The notes beneath the pieces are model-generated. The model saw nothing but the letters and a program-made list of their open reading frames with translations. It was not told where the DNA came from and ran no database searches. This document shows, in pieces, positions 17,578 through 24,440 of a DNA stretch of 24,440 bases. This stretch comes from a virus. Taxonomy: Duplodnaviria; Heunggongvirae; Uroviricota; Caudoviricetes. The stretch lies in the IMG/VR virus record IMGVR_UViG_2585427750_000026; one strand, given 5' to 3'. A program made the position numbers and the translations under genes. Within the stretch, counting starts at the first letter, position 1. Each line of letters begins with the position of its first letter.

Positions 17578-18363
17578 TTATGAGTGATTTTTATTTGATG
17601 CTTTGTATTCTAAAACCTTCTTATTGGCGTAAAAGAATTTTGTATATGACAGGAATATAACCAGACCTGAAGTGAAATAGACGAGGGATAGTATTAATAA
17701 TGCTTTTTTGTGACTGTTATTATCTTTAATCTCCTGGCTTAACCATTCGGAGTCCTCCTCGTTTAGCTGTAAGAGCTTATTGCAGGCGATTTCAGGAAGT
17801 GTGTCTTTTATAAATACGTTTTGCAGTCTCTTGCAATCGGCAAGGCTATAAGTTTTATTAAATTCAACTGCTTTATTTTTGAAGGATAAAAGAACTTTGT
17901 CACTATAAACATAGTACATCATATTTTTATATGGTATGCCTATGGCATCTCTTACTATAGCGGATTGTTTGTTGTGTATATAACATGCGAAGAGAATATA
18001 AATAATACTGGCCAGAATTACAATTATTGTTTTAATTATGTGTGGTGGTTTTGTTATGTCACCCCAGATGCGAGTAAGGAAAAAATACGATGTTTTTAGT
18101 TTTCCATCAATCAGTCCCTGCTGTATCATTCTCACATTTTCAATGCCTGATACATTGATTCCGTTAATTATTTTAAATAGTTGAATGTCGCGCCACTCGC
18201 GGTCAAGTCTTTTTAATTTTTTGTCTGAATATCCAAAATTGAAATAATGTGCAATAAGCCTCATAAGGTTACTTTTACCAAAGCTAAAAAATGCTAATAC
18301 TGCAAAGCTACAAAGGAAAAAAACGATTAGCCCCCACACATTAGTCACATTATAGCTGACCAT
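17578..18363 (-). CDS. AT-rich membrane protein of unknown function (P2 orf30-like accessory gene)
   Basis: 261 aa on the strand opposite the late operons, with a strong SD (AAGGAG). Markedly AT-rich with Lys/Asn/Ile/Phe-rich composition. Three hydrophobic helices (N-terminal, central IIKTIIVILASIIYILFACYI, C-terminal LILSLVYFTSGLVIFLSY). Confidence 0.6.
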   Translation of the reverse strand: MVSYNVTNVWGLIVFFLCSFAVLAFFSFGKSNLMRLIAHYFNFGYSDKKLKRLDREWRDIQLFKIINGINVSGIENVRMIQQGLIDGKLKTSYFFLTRIWGDITKPPHIIKTIIVILASIIYILFACYIHNKQSAIVRDAIGIPYKNMMYYVYSDKVLLSFKNKAVEFNKTYSLADCKRLQNVFIKDTLPEIACNKLLQLNEEDSEWLSQEIKDNNSHKKALLILSLVYFTSGLVIFLSYTKFFYANKKVLEYKASNKNHS

Positions 18364-18446
18364 TACGCTCTCCTTGAATGTTGTCTGGTAGTTCTACAAA
18401 TGAATCCAGATAGCATAACTTTTATATATTGTGCAATCTCACATGC

Positions 18447-19082
18447 ATGAACACTCTCGCAAATATTCAGGAACTCGCGCGCGCACTGCGCAACATGATT
18501 CGCACCGGCATTATCGTCGAAACCGACCTTAACGCCGGTCGCTGCCGCGTGCAGACCGGCGGCATGTGCACCGACTGGCTTCAGTGGCTGACCCATCGTG
18601 CCGGGCGTTCGCGCACATGGTGGGCACCTTCCGTGGGGGAACAGGTGCTGATTCTGGCCGTGGGCGGTGAACTCGACACGGCGTTCGTTCTGCCGGGGAT
18701 TTATTCCGGCGATAACCCTGCGCCGTCTGCGTCGGCTGATGCCCTGCATATCCGTTTCCCTGACGGGGCGGTGATTGAGTATGAACCCGAAACCAGTGCA
18801 CTCACGGTAAGCGGAATTAAAACGGCCAGCGTGACGGCTTCTGATTCTGTTACTGCCACGGTACCGGTGGTCACGGTGAAAGCGTCAACCCGTGTCACCC
18901 TGGACACACCAGAAGTGGTCTGCACTAACAAACTGACTACCGGCACGCTGGAAGTGCAGAAGGGCGGGACGATGCGCGGCAACATTGAACACACCGGCGG
19001 TGAACTCTCATCAAACGGTAAGGTACTGCATACCCATAAACACCCCGGCGACAGCGGCGGCACAACCGGGAGTCCTTTATGA
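18447..19082 (+). CDS. V: Baseplate spike/assembly protein gpV
   Basis: 211 aa from ATG 18447 (MNTLANIQELARALRN...), P2 V length and position. Confidence 0.85.
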   Translation: MNTLANIQELARALRNMIRTGIIVETDLNAGRCRVQTGGMCTDWLQWLTHRAGRSRTWWAPSVGEQVLILAVGGELDTAFVLPGIYSGDNPAPSASADALHIRFPDGAVIEYEPETSALTVSGIKTASVTASDSVTATVPVVTVKASTRVTLDTPEVVCTNKLTTGTLEVQKGGTMRGNIEHTGGELSSNGKVLHTHKHPGDSGGTTGSPL

Positions 19083-19426
19083 CAGCGCGTTATCTCGGAA
19101 TGAATCGCAGTGATGGCCTGACTGTCACTGACCTTGAGCATATCAGCCAGAGTATCGGCGATATCCTGCGCACACCGGTCGGCTCACGGGTGATGCGTCG
19201 TGATTACGGCTCGTTGCTGGCATCAATGATTGACCAGCCGCAGACCCCGGCGCTTGAGTTGCAGATTAAGGTCGCCTGTTACATGGCGGTGCTGAAATGG
19301 GAACCCCGCGTCACCCTGTCATCCGTCACCACTGAGCGCAGTTTTGACGGGCGAATGACGGTCACGTTAACCGGCCAGCACAACGACACCGGCCAGCCAC
19401 TTTCATTAACCATCCCTGTGAGTTGA
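19079..19426 (+). CDS. W: Baseplate wedge protein gpW (gp25-like)
   Basis: 115 aa, ATGA overlap with V. Confidence 0.85.
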   Translation: MTARYLGMNRSDGLTVTDLEHISQSIGDILRTPVGSRVMRRDYGSLLASMIDQPQTPALELQIKVACYMAVLKWEPRVTLSSVTTERSFDGRMTVTLTGQHNDTGQPLSLTIPVS

Positions 19427-19430
19427 AACC

Positions 19431-20339
19431 ATGCCGATTATCGACCTGAACCAGCTACCCGCACCGGATGTGGTCGAGGAGCTGGACTTTGAAAGCATTC
19501 TCGCTGAACGCAAGGCGACACTGATTTCCCTTTACCCGGAAGATCAGCAGGAGGCGGTCGCCGGTACCCTGACACTGGAATCCGAGCCTCTCGTCAAACT
19601 GCTGGAGGAAAATGCTTATCGTGAGCTTATCTGGCGTCAGCGTGTGAATGAGGCCGCACGGGCGGTGATGCTGGCCTGTGCCGCCGGTAATGACCTTGAT
19701 GTGATTGGTGCCAATTACAACACCACGCGCCTGATTATCACTCCGGCAGATGATTCGACTATCCCGCCGACACCGGCAGTGATGGAATCTGACACCGATT
19801 ATCGTCTGCGTATTCAGCAGGCGTTTGAGGGCTTAAGCGTCGCCGGGTCGGTGGGGGCCTATCAGTATCATGGTCGCAGTGCCGACGGGCGTGTCGCGGA
19901 TATCTCTGTCACCAGTCCGTCTCCGGCCTGCGTCACCATCTCCGTACTGTCACGTGAAAATAACGGTGTCGCATCCGAAGACCTGCTGGCTGTGGTGCGT
20001 AACGCTCTTAATGGCGAGGACGTCAGGCCGGTGGCCGACCGCGTGACCGTGCAGTCTGCCGCCATCGTTGAATACCAGATAAACGCCACGCTTTACCTTT
20101 ACCCTGGTCCCGAAAGCGAACCCATCCGCGCTGCCGCCGTGAAAAAACTGGAAGCGTACATCACGGCACAGCACCGGCTGGGGCGCGACATCCGTCTGTC
20201 TGCCATTTATGCCGCCTTGCATGTGGAAGGCGTGCAGCGTGTCGAACTGGCTGCACCACTGGCCGACATCGTGCTCAACAGTACGCAGGCGTCTTTCTGC
20301 ACCGAATACCACGTCGTGACCGGAGGCTCGGATGAGTGA
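19431..20339 (+). CDS. J: Baseplate protein gpJ
   Basis: 302 aa, P2 J length and position. Confidence 0.85.
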   Translation: MPIIDLNQLPAPDVVEELDFESILAERKATLISLYPEDQQEAVAGTLTLESEPLVKLLEENAYRELIWRQRVNEAARAVMLACAAGNDLDVIGANYNTTRLIITPADDSTIPPTPAVMESDTDYRLRIQQAFEGLSVAGSVGAYQYHGRSADGRVADISVTSPSPACVTISVLSRENNGVASEDLLAVVRNALNGEDVRPVADRVTVQSAAIVEYQINATLYLYPGPESEPIRAAAVKKLEAYITAQHRLGRDIRLSAIYAALHVEGVQRVELAAPLADIVLNSTQASFCTEYHVVTGGSDE

Positions 20340-20862
20340 TTCGCGACTGCTGCCGACCGGCTCATCACCGCTTGAAGTTGCCGCCGCAAAAGCCTGTGCG
20401 GAAATTGAAAAAACGCCGGTCAGTATTCGTGAGCTCTGGAACCCGGACACCTGTCCGGCAAATCTGCTGCCGTGGCTGGCGTGGGCGTTTTCGGTTGACA
20501 GGTGGGATGAAAAGTGGCCGGAAGCGACAAAACGCGCCGTTATTCGCGATGCCTATTTCATCCACTGTCATAAGGGCACGATAGGTGCAATCCGGCGTGT
20601 GGTGGAGCCGCTGGGCTATCTCATCAACGTGACGGAGTGGTGGGAAAACAGTGACCCGCCCGGCACCTTCCGGCTTGATATTGGTGTACTGGAAAGTGGC
20701 ATCACAGAGGCAATGTATCAGGAAATGGAACGGCTGATTGCTGATGCCAAACCTGCAAGCCGTCACCTTATTGGCCTGAACATTTCCCGGGACATTCCCG
20801 GCTACCTGTTCGCCGGTGGTGTGGCTTACGACGGCGATGTAATTACGGTTTACCCCGGATAA
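20332..20862 (+). CDS. I: Baseplate/tail protein gpI
   Basis: 176 aa, overlaps the J stop; P2 I length and position. Confidence 0.85.
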   Translation: MSDSRLLPTGSSPLEVAAAKACAEIEKTPVSIRELWNPDTCPANLLPWLAWAFSVDRWDEKWPEATKRAVIRDAYFIHCHKGTIGAIRRVVEPLGYLINVTEWWENSDPPGTFRLDIGVLESGITEAMYQEMERLIADAKPASRHLIGLNISRDIPGYLFAGGVAYDGDVITVYPG

Positions 20863-20872
20863 GTGAGGAATA

Positions 20873-23200
20873 ATGAGCACAAAATTCAAAACCGTTATCA
20901 CCACTGCTGGTGCAGCAAAGCTGGCAGCGGCAACCGCGCCGGGAGGGCGGAAGGTCAACATTACCACGATGGCCGTCGGGGATGGCGGTGGTAAATTGCC
21001 TGTCCCGGATGCCGGACAGACCGGGCTTATCCACGAAGTCTGGCGACATGCGCTGAACAAAATCAGCCAGGACAAACGAAACAGTAATTATATTATCGCA
21101 GAGCTGGTTATTCCGCCGGAGGTGGGCGGTTTCTGGATGCGTGAGCTTGGCCTGTACGATGATGCTGGAACGTTAATTGCCGTGGCGAACATGGCTGAAA
21201 GTTATAAGCCAGCTCTTGCCGAAGGCTCAGGGCGTTCGCAGACCTGCCGCATGGTCATCATCGTCAGCAGTGTGGCCTCAGTGGCGCTGACCATTGACAC
21301 CACAACGGTGATGGCAACGCAGGATTACGTTGATGACAAAATTGCAGAACATGAACAGTCACGACGTCACCCGGACGCCTCGCTGACCGCCAAAGGTTTT
21401 ACTCAGTTAAGCAGTGCGACCAACAGCACGTCTGAAACACTCGCCGCAACACCAAAAGCGGTAAAAGCAGCATATGACCTTGCTAACGGGAAATACACTG
21501 CACAGGACGCCACCACAGCGCGAAAAGGCCTTGTCCAGCTCAGTAGTGCCACCAACAGCACGTCTGAAACGCTCGCCGCAACACCAAAAGCGGTAAAAGC
21601 AGCATATGACCTTGCTAACGGGAAATACACTGCACAGGACGCCACCACAGCGCGAAAAGGCCTTGTCCAGCTCAGTAGTGCCACCAACAGCACGTCTGAA
21701 ACGCTCGCCGCAACACCAAAAGCGGTAAAAGCAGCATATGACCTTGCTAACGGGAAATACACTGCACAGGACGCCACCACAGCGCGAAAAGGCCTTGTCC
21801 AGCTCAGTAGTGCCACCAACAGCACGTCTGAAACGCTCGCCGCAACACCAAAAGCGGTAAAAGCAGCATATGACCTTGCTAACGGGAAATACACTGCACA
21901 GGACGCCACCACCGCGCGAAAAGGCCTTGTCCAGCTCAGTAGCGCCACCAACAGCGATTCTGAAACGCTTGCGGCAACGCCAAAGGCGGTTAAGACAGCG
22001 TATGACCTTGCTAACGGGAAATACACTGCACAGGATGCCACCACAGCGCGAAAAGGTCTTGTCCAGCTCAGTAGCGCCACCAACAGTGATTCTGAAACGC
22101 TGGCTGCAACACCAAAAGCGGTGAAGTCTGCCTATGACAATGCTGAAAAACGTCTTCAGAAAGATCAGAACGGTGCGGATATTCCTGATAAAGGACGCTT
22201 CCTGAGTAACATTAATGTTTACAGCAAAGGTGAAGTGGATAAGAAAAAGGGAATGCGAAAGTATTCGTTTGCAGCCCCTGCAAATGTCGTTGCCGGGAAG
22301 TGGTATCCCGTTATCTTTCGCCGTGCTGCCAGCCTTTCAGGAGAAATGGCATCCCGCGTCGTTATTTCAACTGGTTGTTATAACGGCGATTATGTAATGA
22401 ATAACTGCGAGTTTAATGGCATGGTTATGCCCGGAGGCTGGACCGATCGTGGTTCATATGCGGCAGGTTATTTCTGGACGTATCAGACTAATGAGCGTTC
22501 AATCCATTCCATTGTTACAAGCCTGAAAGATGATGATGTATGTAGTGTTTTTTATGTTGAAGCCAGAGCTTTCCCTGTGCAAATTCTTGCAGAGGAAGGG
22601 CTAACGGTTATTGTTCCGACAGAGGATTATGTCGTCGGTCAAACGACATATAAGTGGGGGGCAACTAATCCCGCTACAGAAAGCACGAACGCACAGGCTA
22701 TTCTGGATTTTAAAAATGGACGTGGTTATTACTGTTCACATCCATTTATTTCCAGCCTTTCAGGAAATGCTGCAACAGCAACGAAGTTAGCGAACGCAAG
22801 AAATATTAATGGTGTCAGATTTGATGGCTCTGCCGATATAAATATTAATACACTGGTATCCAGAAACCGTGTTAATGCATTAGGTGGGAGCGTAAAGGGG
22901 ACACCAGGTATTCAGATGTATGAGGCATACAACAATGGCTACCCAACAGCCTATGGTAATGTGCTTCATCTCACTGGCGTAACCGCAGTAGGAGAGGGTG
23001 AGTTACTTATTGGCTGGAGTGGAACCAGCGGTGCTCATGCTCCGGCATATATTCGTTCCCGACGAGATACCACAGATGCTAACTGGTCTGGATGGGCGCA
23101 ACTATATACAACTGCTCATAAACCCTCAGCGGGAGATGTTGGTGCATACATAGACTGGCCCCCTGAATCTCCAGACAACCAATATCACTTAAATAAGTGA
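20873..23200 (+). CDS. H: Tail-fibre protein gpH, repeat-expanded and 3-prime interrupted by IS2
   Basis: N-terminus [20 protein letters not shown] is P2 H-like. Contains about 5.7 in-frame copies of a 44-aa repeat. The last 16 codons plus stop (23153..23200; the boundary codon at 23150..23152 straddles the junction) are read from the IS2 terminal repeat, so the native C-terminus is missing. Confidence 0.85.
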   Translation: MSTKFKTVITTAGAAKLAAATAPGGRKVNITTMAVGDGGGKLPVPDAGQTGLIHEVWRHALNKISQDKRNSNYIIAELVIPPEVGGFWMRELGLYDDAGTLIAVANMAESYKPALAEGSGRSQTCRMVIIVSSVASVALTIDTTTVMATQDYVDDKIAEHEQSRRHPDASLTAKGFTQLSSATNSTSETLAATPKAVKAAYDLANGKYTAQDATTARKGLVQLSSATNSTSETLAATPKAVKAAYDLANGKYTAQDATTARKGLVQLSSATNSTSETLAATPKAVKAAYDLANGKYTAQDATTARKGLVQLSSATNSTSETLAATPKAVKAAYDLANGKYTAQDATTARKGLVQLSSATNSDSETLAATPKAVKTAYDLANGKYTAQDATTARKGLVQLSSATNSDSETLAATPKAVKSAYDNAEKRLQKDQNGADIPDKGRFLSNINVYSKGEVDKKKGMRKYSFAAPANVVAGKWYPVIFRRAASLSGEMASRVVISTGCYNGDYVMNNCEFNGMVMPGGWTDRGSYAAGYFWTYQTNERSIHSIVTSLKDDDVCSVFYVEARAFPVQILAEEGLTVIVPTEDYVVGQTTYKWGATNPATESTNAQAILDFKNGRGYYCSHPFISSLSGNAATATKLANARNINGVRFDGSADININTLVSRNRVNALGGSVKGTPGIQMYEAYNNGYPTAYGNVLHLTGVTAVGEGELLIGWSGTSGAHAPAYIRSRRDTTDANWSGWAQLYTTAHKPSAGDVGAYIDWPPESPDNQYHLNK
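21392..22135 (+). repeat. Tandem 132-bp (44-codon) in-frame repeat array in H, about 5.7 copies
   Basis: Unit KG(F/L)(T/V)QLSSATNS(T/D)[12 protein letters not shown](A/T/S)[18 protein letters not shown] starting at 21392, 21524, 21656, 21788, 21920 and 22052. Copies 2 and 3 are nucleotide-identical, copy 4 differs by one base, and copies 1, 5 and 6 are more divergent. Confidence 0.9.
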
Positions 23201-23241
23201 TAGTCTTAATACTAGTTTTTAGACTAGTCATTGGAGAGCAG

Positions 23242-23607
23242 ATGATTGATGTCTTAGGACCGGAGAAACGCAGACGGCGTACTACACAGGAAAAGATCGC
23301 TATTGTTCAGCAGAGTTTTGAACCGGGAATGACGGTCTCCCTTGTTGCCCGGCAACACGGTGTGGCAGCCAGCCAGTTATTTCTCTGGCGCAAGCAATAC
23401 CAGGAGGGAAGTCTTACTGCTGTGGCCGCAGGAGAGCAGGTCGTTCCTGCCTCTGAACTTGCTGCTGCCATGAAGCAGATTAAAGAACTCCAGCGCCTGC
23501 TCGGCAAAAAAACGATGGAAAATGAACTCCTTAAAGAAGCCGTTGAATACGGGCGTGCAAAAAAGTGGATATCGCACGCGCCCTTATTGCCCGGGGATGG
23601 GGAGTAA
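23242..23607 (+). CDS. insC: IS2 transposase OrfA (InsC), HTH
   Basis: 121 aa [41 protein letters not shown]... recognised as IS2 InsC. Confidence 0.85.
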   Translation: MIDVLGPEKRRRRTTQEKIAIVQQSFEPGMTVSLVARQHGVAASQLFLWRKQYQEGSLTAVAAGEQVVPASELAAAMKQIKELQRLLGKKTMENELLKEAVEYGRAKKWISHAPLLPGDGE

Positions 23608-24440
23608 GCTTAGTCAGCCGTTGTCTCCGGGTGTCGCGTGCGCAGTTGCACGTAATTCTCAGACGAACCGATGACTGGAAAGATGGTCGCCGCAGCCGTC
23701 ACTCAGATGATACGGATGTGCTTCTCCGTATACACCATGTTATCGGAGAGCTGCCCACGTATGGTTATCGTCGGGTATGGGCGCTGCTTCGCAGACAGGC
23801 CGAACTTGATGGTATGCCTGCGATCAATGCCAAACGTGTTTACCGGATCATGCGCCAGAATGCGCTGTTGCTTGAGCGAAAAACCGCTGTACCGCCATCG
23901 AAACGGGCACATACTGGCAAAGTGGCCGTGAAAGAAAGCAATCAACGATGGTGCTCTGACGGGTTCGAGTTCCGCTGTGATAACGGAGAAAAACTGCGAG
24001 TCACGTTCGCGCTGGACTGCTGTGACCGTGAGGCACTGCACTGGGCAGTCACTACGGGCGGCTTCGACAGTGAAACAGTACAGGACGTAATGCTGGGAGC
24101 GGTGGAACGCCGCTTCGGCAACGAGCTTCCGGCGTCTCCAGTAGAGTGGCTGACGGATAATGGTTCATGCTACCGGGCTAATGAAACACGGCAGTTTGCC
24201 CGGATGTTGGGGCTTGAACCGAAGAACACGGCGGTGCGGAGTCCGGAGAGTAACGGCATAGCAGAGAGCTTCGTGAAAACGATAAAGCGTGACTACATCA
24301 GTATCATGCCCAAACCAGACGGGTTAACGGCAGCAAAGAACCTTGCAGAGGCGTTCGAGCATTATAACGAATGGCATCCGCATAGTGCACTGGGTTATCG
24401 CTCGCCACGGGAATATCTGCGGCAGCAGGCCAGTAATGGG
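23565..24440 (+). CDS. insD: IS2 transposase OrfB (InsD, DDE catalytic domain), 3-prime partial, in the -1 frame relative to insC
   Basis: Open frame from 23565 to the window end encoding ...[37 protein letters not shown]...[13 protein letters not shown]...[16 protein letters not shown]. Reached by a -1 frameshift at A_AAA_AAG (23559..23565). Absent from the ORF track because no stop lies inside the window. Confidence 0.8.
   Translation, partial: MDIARALIARGWGVSLVSRCLRVSRAQLHVILRRTDDWKDGRRSRHSDDTDVLLRIHHVIGELPTYGYRRVWALLRRQAELDGMPAINAKRVYRIMRQNALLLERKTAVPPSKRAHTGKVAVKESNQRWCSDGFEFRCDNGEKLRVTFALDCCDREALHWAVTTGGFDSETVQDVMLGAVERRFGNELPASPVEWLTDNGSCYRANETRQFARMLGLEPKNTAVRSPESNGIAESFVKTIKRDYISIMPKPDGLTAAKNLAEAFEHYNEWHPHSALGYRSPREYLRQQASNG

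Larger units (their letters stand above)
1..24440. mobile_element. P2-like prophage segment (int through interrupted tail-fibre gene H); both prophage ends lie outside the window
   Basis: Gene order int-C-cox-B-A-cargo-cos-Q-P-O-N-M-L-X-Y-K-lysABC-R-S-V-W-J-I-H matches P2, and protein lengths match P2 (A 761, Q 344, P 590, O 284, N 357, M 247, L 169, V 211, W 115, J 302, I 176 aa). The 19-nt sequence at 8142..8160 matches the P2 cohesive end as I recall it. Confidence 0.85.
23151..24440 (+). mobile_element. IS2 (IS3 family) insertion sequence, left end present, right end beyond the window
   Basis: Terminal sequence TAGACTGGCCCCCTGAATCTCCAGACAACC... matches the IS2 end as I recall it, followed by insC, an A6G frameshift site and insD. 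IS2 is about 1.33 kb, so roughly the last 40 bp are outside the window. Confidence 0.85.

Noticed and set aside
21403-22083. 226-aa minus-strand ORF and 84-aa plus-strand ORF (21870..22124) inside the H repeat region
   Set aside because: These are artefacts of the tandem repeat, which keeps alternative frames open. They are repetitive low-complexity translations lying entirely within the well-supported H frame.
21392-22135. Regular 132-bp repeats that could be mistaken for a CRISPR-like array
   Set aside because: The units are contiguous with no unique spacers, lie in frame inside a tail-fibre gene, and encode a repeated peptide.
23671-24041. ORFs 23671..23931 (+) and 23703..24041 (-) inside IS2
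   Set aside because: They are off-frame or antisense relative to the recognised insD transposase frame, which is open through the window end.

Overview
This window is most of a P2-like (Peduovirus-type) temperate prophage of an enterobacterial host, probably E. coli, running from the integrase end through tail-fibre gene H. Read left to right it carries: the integrase and a heteroimmune C/cox switch; the replication block (B, a TraR-like zinc finger, endonuclease A); an accessory cargo block at the position where P2 carries tin/old, between A and cos; the cos site; the packaging and capsid genes (Q, P, O, N, M, L); the lysis cassette (X, Y, K, lysA, lysB, lysC); tail completion genes R and S; an AT-rich opposite-strand membrane-protein gene; and baseplate/tail-fibre genes V, W, J, I, H. 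Gene H carries an expanded in-frame 132-bp tandem repeat and is cut near its 3-prime end by an IS2 insertion that runs off the window. The best candidate for an undescribed system is the cassette at 6768..7932: an ImmA/IrrE-type (HEXXH) metallopeptidase gene followed by a two-transmembrane-helix protein gene, with a perfect 15-bp hairpin covering the second gene's ribosome-binding site. All calls rest on reading the ORF translations and sequence motifs and on recalled knowledge of P2 and IS2; no database search was run.
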